61,156 bases of DNA from a virus (IMGVR_UViG_3300045125_000015:1-61156), one strand, 5' to 3'. Counted from the stretch's first letter, positions 36,356 to 48,389 are shown. The notes: a model not told the origin generated them from the letters alone. Numbers and translations: made by a program.

Positions 36356-38134
36356 AGTGGCACCACCATTTCTGCGGCCAGTTCTTCGTCAGACAGGAAC
36401 GGGAACCATGTCATGCAGGGGGCCTGCTTGCCGTCCTTAAATGACTTGCGATGGCATGGATCTGCTGGTTCTCTGTGCAGAGCACGTCAACGATGTATGG
36501 GCGCGTCCAGCTTGAATGACCATCGGCAGGTGTTTGTTCAAAGTGGGTATGCTCACATGCTCGCTCGCGTATCTATCTTGAATGTCCTGGCTACTTCCTC
36601 AAAGTCTGGGGAACCACAAACCAGTTTCTGATGTTCACGCCGTGCACGCTTCCGTCGTAGAACCTGGACTGCGTGTTCTTGATGCTGAGATATCCCTTGG
36701 TTGTTCAGGATAATGATCTTGATGGGCAGGTTATGCTCACGGATAACTGCCAGCTCCTGCATGTTGGACATGAAGCTGCCGTCACCTACTATGACGATGA
36801 CGTTCTTTGCTCCTGCCTTGGCCACGCCGATGGCGGCCGGCAATGCCCAGCCCATGTCGCCCTGAGATTGGCTATGAACGAACCGCTGCTGCGCCCTGGA
36901 TGCGGACAGCTTGCGGCACCGTGTAGAAAGCAGTGCCTGCGTCGGCCATGAACACGGCATCGTCCGGGGCGTGGCGGTAGATGGCATCCAGTACGGCGTA
37001 GATGTTCAGGCCGTTGGTGTCATTCAAATACTCCGGCTGCATGACTGGCCACTTGGCTTTCCAGTGGTTGCACTTGTCTATCCATTCCTGTCTGGTCATA
37101 GCATGGCTCCGAAGAATTGATGTAGCGGTACGGTTATCTTGTGGTCTACCGGCACGATGTCCTTGGCCAGCTCGTCAGGTTCAATGTCCACGTAGATCTT
37201 GTCGGCTCTGCGGGCTGAACTGTTTGGGGTCATAGCCAATCACGCCGGCATTCATGGATGTGCCAAGGATCAGCAGCAAGGTCAGCGTTCTGCATGGCAA
37301 AGTTGCCAAACCTGGTGCCGCGTGAGCCTATGGTTCCCATGTTCAGCGGGTGGTCGTAGGGCAGGTAATCCTGTGCGCCGTAGGTGGTGACGAACGGTGA
37401 TCTCGTACTTGTGACGAACTGGACAAACTGATCCACCATGCCTGACTGCCGGATGCCCATGCCTGCCAAGATGATCGGGCGCTCGGCGTTCTTCATGTCG
37501 TGCCAGATGGTCTTCGGGTCAAAGACGTACTCAAGTTTGGCGTCTGTCTGAATGTTCTGATTATTTATGTGATATGGAACTGCGTCGTCCGGCATTTCTG
37601 CCTGTTGAACATCTATGGGGATGTCTATCCATACCAGGTCCCGGTCTTCCTGATATTGCGTGATGTACTGCCGGCCTCAAGTGCAATCCTGACAACATTA
37701 ACATCGGAAACAAAGAGCGATAACTTGGTCATCGACCTCATGGTTGCTGCGATGTCGTGCTCTTGCAGTCCGTAGTGGCGCAGGGACAAGTTTCTTTCTT
37801 TGTTGATATGCGCTGTGCAGGTATCCTTGCGCACGTTGCCGGAGATGAACAAGTACCGGCACTCCATCCTGCCAAGCGTTCAGCACACTGGTTGCGCAGT
37901 TGGTTCCACCGCAGCCGGTAGTGGGATTAACCACGGCCAGCTTGCCTGTGTACTTAGCCTCACCTATAGCTGCATGGCCAGCGCCCTGCTCATGGTGGTA
38001 GCAGATGTACTCGATGCCGCCGTGCTTGATGAAGCCGTCGTTCAAGCCAGCTGCTCCGCCACCCATCAGCCCATGCACCCGGCGTACGCCTATGCTGTCA
38101 GAGATACTCTGCTAATCCAGTCAGCAACTCTCAT
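36352..38134 (-). CDS. Thiamine-diphosphate-dependent enzyme, acetolactate synthase-like (YerE-like)
   Basis: HHEQGAGHAA; TTGCGGTN..TSVLNAWQD; ERPIILAGMG; GNFAMQNAD; ADAG; GDMGWALPAAIG; GDGSFMSNMQEL...LNN ThDP motif. Confidence 0.88.
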
Positions 38135-39367
38135 TGGTACTCCTCCATGAACTTGTCGATGGTGTCGCACATATAGTCCAGCATGGGCTGCGTCAGTGCT
38201 GGCTGTACGCCCATCCAGAACGTGTTGTGCATGACGTAATCTGTCTGGTCTCAGGCTGCCGTGGACTCGGTAGACCTGATCCTTCAGGAACGGCTGCTTG
38301 GTAGCGTTGCCAGCAAACAGCAGGCGAGTGCCGATGTTGTGACCGGCCAGCCACTGGATCAGATCATCCCGCTTGAACTTGACCTCCGGCGACAGCGTGA
38401 TCGGCAGACCAAACCAGCTAGGATGTGCGTCCGGGTAGACGGTCGGCAACCACAGCTGCTCATGGTTCGACAGCCGGTTGTGCAGGTAGGCGTAGTTGTT
38501 CCTGCGCATGGAGATGAAGTAGTCCAGCTTCTCCAGCTGTGCCACGCCACAGGCTGCCTGCATCTCAGTGATCTTCAGGTTGTAGCCCAGATGCGTGAAC
38601 ACGTACTTGTGGTCATAGCCGTAGGGCAATCCCTCGAACTGCTGGCAGTACCGCTGCTTGCAGGTGTTGTCCTTGCCAGGCTCGCACCAGCAGTCCCTGC
38701 CCCAGTCGCGGAATGACTCCACCAGCCGGGTCAGCTTTGGGTTGTTGATGACCACCGCCCCGCCCTCGCCCATGGTGATGTGGTGCGCAGGGAAGAAAGA
38801 CATGGTAGCCAGATCGCCGAACGTGCCCACGTTCTGGTTACTGCCAGCGAGCGCCCAGCGCGTCACAGCAGTCCTCGATGAGCCACAGGTTGTGCTTGCT
38901 CTGCCAACGCCACGATCTCTTCCAGGTTGAACGGATTGCCCATCGTGTGCGCGAGGAAGATGGCCTTGGTCTTGGGCGTGATGGCGGCCTCCAGATCCGT
39001 GGTGGCGATGTTCAGGGTGGTGTTGATGTCCAAGAACACTGGCACAGCGCCGAACTGGATGATCGGGGCGATGGTCGTGGGAAACCCGCAGGCCACGCTG
39101 ATTACCTCGTCGCCCTTCTTGATAGCCCGCTCGCCCAGCTTGGGGATGGTCAGTGCCATGAAGGCCACGAGGTTGGCAGAACTGCCAGAGTTGACAGTCC
39201 TGATCGCCTTGCGCCCAGCCAGCGGCAGAGCGTGTCCTCGAACTCGCGGTTGAAGGAACTGGCCGTCAGCCAGCCCTGTCCACAGCCTTGTGCATCAGCT
39301 CCTTCTCCCGCTCTCCGATCACTTGACCGGAGGCTGGGATAAAGGTCTCGCTGGGTATGAATGTCAT
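38131..39367 (-). CDS. rfbH: CDP-4-keto-6-deoxyglucose 3-dehydrase (E1, RfbH/DdhC)
   Basis: IPASGQVIG; VNSGSSANL; GDEVISVACGFPTT; AHTMGNPF; SFFPAHHITMGEGG (His where the aminotransferases have Lys); FRDWGRDCWC.PG.DNTC Fe-S motif; GYDHKY. Confidence 0.9.
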
Positions 39368-40144
39368 ACAGCCTCTGCTGTGGGTTGCGGGGGTTGTGGT
39401 TTCTCTGTCAGGATGCCGTCGAACTTGTGGGTGCCGATATGCGCACAGCTGTGCCCACGGTGCTGCCCATACGCTGACCGCCGCACTTCTCGCGCCAGAT
39501 CTTGCAGAAGTGGTAGTCCTCGGACAGCAGGCGCTCGCCCAGCGGCTCGATGCTGGTAGCAAAGTACTCATAGATACGCTCGTTGCCAATCGCGCCAGCT
39601 CAGGTCATGGGTGTCATTGATGTAGCTGGGCACATGATCGCGCGAGCTGCTCGAACACTTCGCGCTTGATCATCATGAAGCCAGTGCCGCCGTTCCAGAT
39701 CTCGACCGGCTGGTTCAGGTCTACGCGCTGCTCGTTCTGGTAATCCACCAGGTTGACCACGAAGGAGCCGCTGTACTTGCGCAGGTCTTGCGGGGGTACG
39801 CCTGCCAGAGCGGCTGCATGGATCTGTGTCCAGTTCGATCTCTTTCTTGGGGTAGATACCGCAGATGATGGGCTTGTCTGCCAGCAGCATCGGCAGAACG
39901 TCGTGCGGATTGAAGTGGATGTCAGCGTCGATAAACATCAGGTGGGTGAAGTCTGTCTTCAGGAACCCGTGGACCAAGCGCGTTACGGGCACGCTGGATC
40001 AGGGACTCGTTGAACAGAAAGCTGGCAGCCATGTCCACGCGGTTGTCCCGGCAGGATGTTCTGCAAGCTGCATCAAGTGACTGGGCGAAATAGCCGTAGC
40101 AAAGTCCACCGTACATCGGGGTAGGCTACGAAAAGTTTTGCCAT
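39364..40144 (-). CDS. GT-A fold glycosyltransferase-like protein
   Basis: PMYGGLC; NESLIQRARN; LMFIDADI; GTGFMMIKREVFE; LSEDYHFC. Confidence 0.7.
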
Positions 40145-40159
40145 TGTGTTTTCTCCTAA

Positions 40160-40872
40160 GAAGTTAAAGACTTGGGGTTTTGTCCAAGGGAAGTCAGTGA
40201 AGCGCTGTTTCATGAACTCGTTGTTGCCGATAAATGCGTCTCTGGCGTCATGCCGCCGGTGCCATCGTGGGACAGCCGGTAGCTGACGCTGTGCTTGCCG
40301 GTAGTGCCGCACTTGATCCTGCTGCCCGCATCAGCTCTGCTTGGAACGCCCGGTCAGACACAATCGGCACGTACCAAGCATGGCTGTGCTTGCGGGCAAC
40401 GTCTGTGCGTACGGCATAGCAGGAGTTATCCACAAGGTAATGACCGCTGGCGTTAGGCTGGCAGCCCAGCGACTCGCAGTTGTCATCGCAGATCCAGTTG
40501 CCATCGTTGTCCACGATCTTGCGCAGGCTGTACGCCCAGCCGAGGTCGTGCTTGGTGATCAGCGAGACAAGGGACTCGACGTGGTCGGGGTCGTAGAAGT
40601 TGTCGTCGTCGAGGTAGAAGATGATGTCTTCATCCACAACGAAGGGGGCAAGAGCAAAAACAGGAGCCATGCCATAACCGCCACCGCCATTAGCGTTAGG
40701 TAGGTATACGGCGACCGTATCAGTCCGCGACCAGAGACTCTGACCTTGTCGGAATGCTCTTCGCCATGGGAGAAAACATAATGTCGTAGCCTTGTATGTT
40801 TGGTTATGTACGCTCTATGCAGCGAGTAAGTGTTGGCCTGCCCTGTGTGCTGGTAATGACGGCTACTTTCAT
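40160..40872 (-). CDS. GT2-like glycosyltransferase
   Basis: MKVAVITST; IFYLDDDNFYDPDHVESL; VDNSCYAVR; SDRAF. 3' end uncertain. Confidence 0.7.
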
Positions 40873-41060
40873 TCCTTCCGCTTCTCTTCCAGCCATTTGC
40901 TAAACATCTGCTCGAACTCCTTTTCCCACTTGGTAGGCAAGGAGAATTCAATCCATGTGGTTGGTTCTTTTGCTTTTATCGCCGCTATCTCTTCCGGCGT
41001 TGGGTCTGGCTGGGCGTTGTCAAACTTGGACCCACTGTCCCTCTGCGCGAATGGGCGCAT
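40869..41060 (-). CDS. Hypothetical protein
   Basis: 63 aa ORF coupled to the next gene. Confidence 0.45.
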   Translation of the reverse strand: MRPFAQRDSGSKFDNAQPDPTPEEIAAIKAKEPTTWIEFSLPTKWEKEFEQMFSKWLEEKRKE

Positions 41061-41073
41061 CTACCGAATCCGT

Positions 41074-42024
41074 TCATCGGTGCTCCTCGATTAACTTGTA
41101 CAGCTGCTTGACCTCGTTGCCGCAGTCGAACTGGTCAGCCTTGCTCCGACCGGATGAAACTGTCTATCGCCTCCAGGTACCCGCAGTACGTGGTGTAGTC
41201 CATCTCCCGCAGGAAGTTGTACAGCTCCTTGTACGACTTGAACTCCCGCATGTCGATGTAGCACTCGGGCGGGATATGGTCGTGGACGTTAGGCGCACCC
41301 CAGTACACAGGCACGATGCCGGCCATGAAGGCGTCCAAGATCTTCTCGCTGATGTATCCAACGTCCTTGTCGGTGTTCTCGAACGTGATGGCAAAGTGGT
41401 AATTGGCTGTAGGTTGGCCAGCTTGTTGATTGGTCGTGTCCTTTGTAGAACGGGATGTGTACGGATATCCCAGCCACGTCCGTACAGGTCGAGGTCAAAG
41501 ATGGCGTTGTCCTTGAACCACTGGATCAGCTCTATGCGCTTCTCGTACAGGCTGCCGGGTATGTTCTTGGCGGTCTGGATCATGACTGCCAGCTTGTGGG
41601 TGAAGAAGTCTCCCCGCGATTTCTCGCACGGCCAGCGGTCATTCCAGTCCACGGTGAAGTTGTGCTTCTCGTATTTCTTCTTGATGGTCAGCCTGTCATC
41701 CCATGTCAGCACCCGGCTGAACTGGTCGTGGTACGCCTCGTCCCAGTTATCGGGCAGGATCAGCGGCGGCTCGTACAGGATCAGGACTTTGCTGGCACCT
41801 GGTACGTCAGGCTCCACGCGAGGGCGATCCATGTAGATCACGAGGTCCACGATGTGCGGGTCTACTTGGTCGAGGGTGTACAGCTCGATGCCGGTGGACT
41901 TGCACAGTTTGTACAGGTCGTTCCAAGACTTCAGCAGGTTGTGGCCGATGTCACTGTTCTGGTTCTTGAACAGGTAGCCATCGGTCGTGATGAACTCGTA
42001 GTGGTTATGAACTGCGACTCTCAT
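41074..42024 (-). CDS. GT10 (alpha-1,3-fucosyltransferase-like) glycosyltransferase
   Basis: LYEPP; LYEKRIELIQWF; DLYGRGW; FAITFENT...GYISEKILDAFMAGIVPVYWGAPN...YIDMREF. Confidence 0.82.
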
Positions 42025-42891
42025 AGACCGTTCTTCTCCTTCAGCTTGGCTTCGATGGCGCTGGCAAACGTATTCAGAGCCATCCCAAAAATAGGATCGG
42101 AGTACAAACACTCCTGTCGTTCCTCATCCGTCAGCCCTTGCCATTCGCGCTGTGGTGGTATGAAACGATCAAACTCGCCACCAGACAAATTCAAATCTGC
42201 TTGCATCAAGTCCTCAAGAACTTGCTCGTCTTCTTCGTGCCAATTTTCCGGGTAGGCTTGCTTGAAGGTATCCAGCGTATCCCAAGCGCGACGCAGTAAG
42301 TTAATCATGTTCATTCTTCTCAAAAGGCAGCGGGCCGAGTTCTTGCATAAAGTCATCTTCCATCTTGCATACCCAAGCTTCCTCTTCTGGATTCCAAGTA
42401 AATGCAAGGGCAACATCAAGGTCATCAACCTGGACCACAACTTAACTCTTTTCATTCTTCTCCCCTTCGTATGGCTGCCGCTATGTCTAGGCTGCCCATC
42501 TCCTCACATACCCTCGCGCACCGCTCCCGTTCCTGTGTTGCTACCATCTTTGCAAACTTGCGCATCCAAGCCATGGCCGCCGAGTCTGGGGCGTAGATCA
42601 GCTCCTCCTCCTCGGCAGCCTTGTTGGCCAGCTCAAAGAGCTTCCGACTCATCTAAACAGCCAGTCGAACATCGCCCGCACGACAGTCAGCGCTACACCT
42701 ATGGCCGCATAGAACAGGATGATCCACGCACCCACATCGATGGACGACAGGTACTTCTCGTGGATATGCTGCCAGCGGTTGGTGTACTCGACTGTCGGGT
42801 TCTCGTCCGTCACGGTCTTATAGAAAGGTGCGACGTACGCAGAGCCGATCTTGGGCGGCTCTTCCTTAATGAACTTTCCATCTCTTAGCAT
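42021..42891 (-). CDS. Cluster of small hypothetical proteins
   Basis: Coupled ORFs 42021-42455, 42452-42652, 42649-42891; REWQGLTDEE and ERERCA motifs. Confidence 0.5.
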
Positions 42892-42907
42892 CTTTGCCTC
42901 CTACGTG

Positions 42908-43672
42908 TTATTCCTACCAGCCCGCATCAGGTCGCCGGCGTATACGTGTTGCCCAACATGCCGTAGCTCTATTGTTGGATCAGCAAAGATTTTACCGCCC
43001 TCCCTTTTCCACAGCTCGCAGAAGTGATAATCCTCTGACAACAGCAGTCCTGAGCTCAGTAATGCTGGTGCCGAAGAACTCGCGGGTTAGCGGCGGCTAG
43101 GAACTGGCCGTTGGCCGGGTTCGTGATCAGGCTGGTGCGGTAGGTTGGCACCTTGAATCTCAACTGCTTGAACACGTTTCTGTGGATCATCATGAAGCCT
43201 GTGCCGCCGTGCAGGACTTCCACCAGCCCGTCTTCGTTCAGCGGGACCTTGTCGCCGTCGTCAGCCACGGCATTCAAGTACATACGAGCAGCCGAACTTC
43301 TCGATATCCTTTTCACCGCGCAGGGCAGCCTCGCGGATCCGGTCCCAGAACAGAAACTTCTTGGGGTAGATCACCGCAGACCATATCCTTGCTCGTGCTG
43401 CAGCAAGCTTGTAGATGCCGTCTGTCGGGAACCAGATGTCGGCATCAATGAACATCAGGTAATCGTCCTGAGTCTCATCCAAGAAGTACCGGGCAATCTC
43501 GTTACGGGCGCGGGTGATCAGCGCCTCTTTGTTCATGAACTGCCAGCGGGTGCGGATACCCTGCTGCTCAAGGAAGGACAGGTTCCGGGCTAGGCTGTCT
43601 ACGTACTCCATGAACATGGCACCGCCGTAGGCAGGGGTGCCGATCATGATGGTTGGTTTTGCCGTCAATCAT
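42908..43672 (-). CDS. GT-A fold glycosyltransferase-like protein (paralog of 39364-40144)
   Basis: IMIGTPAYGG; EALITRARN; LMFIDADI; YPKK; GTGFMMIHRNVF; LSEDY.FCELW. Confidence 0.7.
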
Positions 43673-44112
43673 TCTTGCTTCCCATTCCGTCGGATGGCCA
43701 ATCTGGCTATGTAGTTGTCTGGCCATACAACATGTAGCTCTGCTTTTCCAACCCAAGCGTCAGCGCAGCCGGTGCGCGACCATAGCAGGTTTCCAGTGAA
43801 GTGCTGGCTCACAGTGCTAACCGTCCAGCGATGACTGACATTGATTCTGCATCAGGTCTATTTACGGTCATCATGCCAGCCTCCTTGCGCGAATTGCTCC
43901 CGCGACGCATTAGCAGCGTCATGCCGTTACACCATCAATTTTCTGCTAGGATCAGCGCATTCACACGACTGCCATCGACTTTCTTAGCGGCGTGACTCAT
44001 GATGTTGCGAATAAGATCCATCGTTCATCTGCAATCACCGCATTATAGCAAGTCCACGTACTCGGCTGCTAATGGCGAGGATAGGCTCATTCACAGTGCA
44101 ATGCGTTCTTCC

Positions 44113-45023
44113 TCAGTCATTGATCAGCCCCTCTATCTGGTCGATCAGGTGGTCAGCAATCCGCTTGTCATTCACAGACACTGTGCCGGCCAGCTCGTCC
44201 TTGTGGATCAGATCCATGGCATCCCGCAGCCCTTTGTTGTAGCCGCTGGTGAACTGGTCTGTCCCTTCAAGGATCATGGTGATGGCATCCCGCACGATCT
44301 TGCTGGCCTGGCGGGCGCGAGCCTTCTCCTTCAGCGCAACATGGACTTCCTCTGACAGATAGACCGAGTACGGTATCAGTCGCTTCGAGCCTTCCATGAC
44401 GCGAACTCCTGCTTTAGCCCCAGCATCTTCTCTACGGCTTGCTGACTTTTTGCGATGTCCGCCCGGCTGTCTACCTTCAGATACGTCTTTAACCATGTCG
44501 TTGCTTCCTTCTCTGTCTTATCAATAATCTCGCCCGACTCACCCAAGAACTCCCAGAACTTCGGGTCCCTGCACAGCATCCCGCTTACCCGCACCATGTC
44601 CTTGGATAACTCTGCCTCTCGGTTCATAGGCCGCTCTTCCTCGTTCAGCCGCACCATCACGGTCATGTACCTGCTGCCAACGAAATCTCTTGCGACCGTC
44701 TCTGGTATCTCGTCTGGGTGTATACGCAGCGTCAGGATGTAGCCAGAGCTGTCCTGCTTTAGCCCACCTTGATTGCCTCGAACTGGCTAGTCTCCATCTT
44801 TCACCCCTATCAAATCCTTGTATGTCCCGTCTGCGTACACAAACCTGACGCCGACCAGATTTTCATCCTTGTCGTAGTAGCAGGCAAACATGTTGCCATC
44901 CACCCACGGCGCCCTTGGTTGCAGGCTCAGGCTGGTCATTTGCTCTGGCACGAAGTAGTGCATTGCCCCTACATAGCTTGGGTGCGGGTTCCGCTGGTAG
45001 TCGTACAGTTTGATATCCGGCAT
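44113..45023 (-). CDS. Three hypothetical proteins (44113-44397 possibly ribbon-helix-helix; 44376-44797; 44787-45023)
   Basis: Coupled ORFs; IPYSVYLSEEVHVALKEKA...ASKIVRDAI resembles an RHH pattern. Confidence 0.45.
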
Positions 45024-45026
45024 CAG

Positions 45027-45345
45027 CTAATGTCCTCCACTCTCAACACGTACCGCCCCTTGCTGTTCTTCGTCCAGCCCCATACCTGAATCACGCCAAG
45101 CCGGCTTCGCGCACCTTCGGCAGATACTCGCTCTCCTGAATCTTTCGTATCCGCTCTGCCACACCGGAAGATGTGCATTGCACGGCCAGCGTTTCATCCC
45201 GCTTGATTGCCAGCACATCGATGAGACCAAGAGATCCTGGCGTATCCGCGCATGTGGATTCCACTTCTCCACAATGGCGCAGGTATAACCCTGCTCCCTG
45301 AGTTCCTTCAACGCTGCGCTCGGTAGGTGACTTACTAGATGCCAT
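45027..45345 (-). CDS. PD-(D/E)xK nuclease, Holliday junction resolvase-like (frameshifted)
   Basis: LREQGY...RQDL.GLIDVLAIK..ETLAVQCTS. Confidence 0.6.
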
Positions 45346-45347
45346 TA

Positions 45348-45637
45348 TCAGAAAGGCACATCTTGTGAATCATCAACCGGCGGTGGTGGCGGCGGGGTGG
45401 CAACGTTGCCATCAGGCTTCTTGTACGTGTTCACTTTGATACTGAACCACGCGCCGTAGTTGCCATCCTGCTGCCAGCCGTCAAGCTTGATAACAATGTC
45501 ATCCTCGTCTGTCTGTTCCATCAAGCCCTTCAGGAAATGACGGTCAAGCACCAGCTCGCCGTACAGATCGGGAGACTTCGGGTGGATCTTGCGCTGGCTG
45601 TAGTTCAGCCGGCCAGAGTTGGGAACTTAGTTGCCAT
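45348..45637 (-). CDS. Putative single-stranded DNA-binding protein
   Basis: SPDLYGEL...LDGW...FSIKV; Pro-rich linker and acidic DDSQDVPF tail. Near erf. Confidence 0.65.
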
Positions 45638-45836
45638 TTTCCCTCCGTTATTCGGCCGACGCCACAAAGATTCTTTTACTTTCTTTGCGCCAAGCATTAC
45701 CAGCTCATTCCACTTGTACTCAGTAAAATTGTTCCATGCGTAACCGGGGCCAACGTAACAATCTTTGGAGTAATGAGGAACGTACAAAATTCCGTTTAGC
45801 TCCAAACAATCTGTAATAAAAGTATCCATTTTTACA

Positions 45837-46540
45837 TCAGCCATCGAATGACTCCTTGTAGGTCTTGAATGTAGCGGTCAGCTCCCCGTAGGCTTCGGCA
45901 TCCTGCTGCTCAATGACCTTGTAGATGTTGGCGTTCGTCCGCCAGATGTTCATAACGTCATCCTTGCTTGCCGCAGTGTCCAGTGCCGTAATCGTAAGTT
46001 CAACCACCACCGTGAGCCAGTCTTCAAAACTGGTGCCTGGATCGGCCGAGACTTTGAGCTGCCACTCCGCGTCTTTCCCTTCCACCTTCTTCGGCGTAAC
46101 AACCGGAGGCTTGGGTGGCGTCGGGACGGCCGGCGCTGCTTTAGGAGCCGCTTGCGGCGGCGCAGTCTTCGTTGCTGCGTTGCCATCGTCGTCCTCCGGG
46201 GCAATGCCACAGGCGGCCATCAGGCTGTACCTGCGGGCATAAGACAAAGCCGAGCCAAAACCCTGGGCGTCGTTCTTGGTGGCTGGCATGAACAGAGTTG
46301 CCACCGGACAGCTGCTCGCCAGACTCGTGGATAAAGGTGGTGGATACCTTGACGCCAGTCTCGGTGCTCTTCTGTCAGCTGCATCAGGAAGATGCCGTTG
46401 TTATTCAAGGCATCGATGACCGCTTCCACGCAGGCTGACAGGTCAGCGTAGCGGCTGCGGAAGTGTGGGTTGGTACTGGTCTTCAGCGCAGGACCAAACT
46501 CCCGCTGCGCTTTGACCAGTGCCGAGGCGATTGCTTTCAT
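45837..46540 (-). CDS. erf: Erf-family single-strand annealing protein (frameshifted)
   Basis: ALVKAQ...NPHFRSRYADL...AQGFGSALSYARRYSLMAACGIAPEDDDGNAA. Confidence 0.9.
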
Positions 46541-46730
46541 TTGTTCTCCTTCGTTCTGTACTGGCGCGGTCAGGTTCTGCGAGGTGTGCCATCCATCTTG
46601 CAGACCGTACGGGGCATCAGCGTGACTTGCCGCCAAGGTTGCGCATCTTCACGCCCAGAGCCTTGGCAATAGTTACCAGCTGCTCAGGCTTGGCGTCCTC
46701 AATCTGGATGTTGATCTTCATGGCTGCACC

Positions 46731-46880
46731 TTAGAAGCAGTTGGTATTGCAGTTGCCTGCGTAGTCACAGCAGGTGGTGCATGTAATGTACCGGCCGTTC
46801 TGCTGGTAGGTATGGGTGGTGCAAGCTGCGTAGGACAGGCTTGCTGCGGTGATAGCCCAGATAGCGATGAGGTATTTCAT
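46731..46880 (-). CDS. 49 aa signal-peptide-bearing Cys-rich peptide
   Basis: MKYLIAIWAITAASLSYA-ACTTHTYQQNGRYITCTTCCDYAGNCNTNCF, intact frame. Confidence 0.55.
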   Translation of the reverse strand: MKYLIAIWAITAASLSYAACTTHTYQQNGRYITCTTCCDYAGNCNTNCF

Positions 46881-47760
46881 AGTTCACTCTCCTTACGGTA
46901 GTTTTTCCACTGATCGCAGAACGGTGCTGCCTGACAGAAGCTCTCGCATCGTGTCCTGCCGCCCTCTCTGGTCTCAACGTAATGCGCTCCTTTCTGTTCG
47001 GCCAGGAACGCTTCGGCCTCCTGCTTGATGGCAAATACTTTCTTCGCCCGCTTGCCGCCGTCCTTGAAGACAGCGTAGGTCGTAGGCTTCTCCCACATCT
47101 CTGCCGGCGTACACTCAGGCATCTGGCCAGAGACTGCGGCGAAGTTGGCCTCGTTGTGCTGGTGCAGCCGTGTCGCGCACAAACTGCTCGCGGGTGTCCT
47201 GATCCCACAGCGGGATGTCCAGTGGTCACGATGGGTGCCTGCGGGTAGGCGTCCTTGTAGGCTGCTTCCCTGCGGCTCCAGTCCCGCACGATGCCGACAA
47301 TCTTCAGGCCGGTGACAGGCACAGACTTCACGCGCTCGACCAGCCATGCGTACATGTTGAGCTGGTCTATCCAGTCGGTCTTCTCCTGCTGGACTGCCCA
47401 CGCGCTGGTGACTTTGTAGTCGCTGATAATCACGCTGCCGTCAGACTGGTATTCCTGCAAGTCAATCTGGCCAGAGATGCGCCAGCCCTCGAAGGTGGTG
47501 AACAGCCGCTCCTCGACTACGTGATGGTCATCCTTGCCGTGCTGGAGGATGTTGTGGCAGGCTGATCCGAACAGGCTCCATACCTGGTCAGCGGCATCTA
47601 CCTCGATCTCCTCGGCATGGCGGCGGCGTAGCTGCACCAGCTGCGGCGGGGACAGGATCTCAGTCACACTGATCTCGCTGTCGCCACGGCTGTAGGTAGG
47701 CCGCGCTGATGACGGTAACGGAATGTGGCGGGACAGTTGTGTTTGTTGGTCAACTTCAGT
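46877..47760 (-). CDS. PD-(D/E)xK / Cas4-like exonuclease (frameshifted)
   Basis: SVTEIL...GSACHNIL...ISGQID...ISDYKVT...QLNMYAWL; C-terminal RC...C.....C. Confidence 0.75.
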
Positions 47761-47969
47761 GTCTTTGTCCTCTATGGCACAACGCGGTAAAAATATCACC
47801 AGCAAGTTCATGGTTTCTTCAGCGTGTCTCTCTGCATGTCTCAAGTCAAATTCCCAACGACAACGCGCATCTTGTCGTATGCGGCGTGAGCTGGCGAAGC
47901 GTACGGTCGATAAGTGCCGTCCTCAGGTAATTGCTTTGCTCATGTGTTCTCCTCCTAGATCTAGATATT

Positions 47970-48034
47970 ATCCTAGTCCTACATTTAGATCATGTCAATA
48001 GGTAGTTGCAGGCAGGAACAATGTGTTGTATCAT
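47970..48034. promoter_or_regulatory. Divergent sigma70-like promoters
   Basis: Leftward TTGACA (47998-47993), 17 bp, TAGGAT (47975-47970). Rightward TTGCAG (48006-48011), 17 bp, TATCAT (48029-48034). Located at the strand switch. Confidence 0.6.
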
Positions 48035-48188
48035 ACATCACATGTGGAAGAACTGCCACGAGCTGGGAAAAGGTGGTAGAGTTTTCACGGGTCAGTCCGT
48101 CGGTGATCACTCTCCCTTTGCTTGATCTCCTCAGCTGGCGTGGCTGACCCCTGAATTCTCGCGGTCGCTAAGAGGCGAGCGGCGCTTT

Positions 48189-48220
48189 GCCCCGGTCTCG
48201 GTGATGCCGGGGTCTTTTTT
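48189..48220 (+). terminator. Intrinsic terminator
   Basis: GCCCCGG...CCGGGGT stem followed by CTTTTTT. Confidence 0.65.
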
Positions 48221-48351
48221 CAGGAGTTGCCGGAGATGGCCGATAGCACCACGGCCACGAGAAAGACGGCAGCAACGACGCCCAGCCGGGGGTGGCGAGT
48301 AACACCGGCAGCCGGGGCTCGACTTTGCCTATAGAGCCAGTGACCCGGCGC

Positions 48352-48380
48352 TTGCATGAAGTCTCATACTGTCTTACACT
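48352..48380 (+). promoter_or_regulatory. Sigma70-like promoter
   Basis: TTGCAT, 17 bp, TACACT. Confidence 0.55.
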
Positions 48381-48389
48381 GTGCGCGTC

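Noticed and set aside
36352-38134. Acetolactate synthase as an amino-acid biosynthesis auxiliary gene
   Set aside because: Coupling to rfbH and an SDR fits sugar branching better, and no other ilv genes are present.
123-43593. Long antisense ORFs in the track (e.g. 123-839, 4162-4983, 40955-41836, 41455-42255)
   Set aside because: Shadow frames of recognisable genes on the opposite strand in GC3-rich DNA.
46877-47760. Cas4-like nuclease as part of a CRISPR adaptation module
   Set aside because: It sits with erf and SSB as an ordinary phage recombination exonuclease; no cas1 or cas2 is present.
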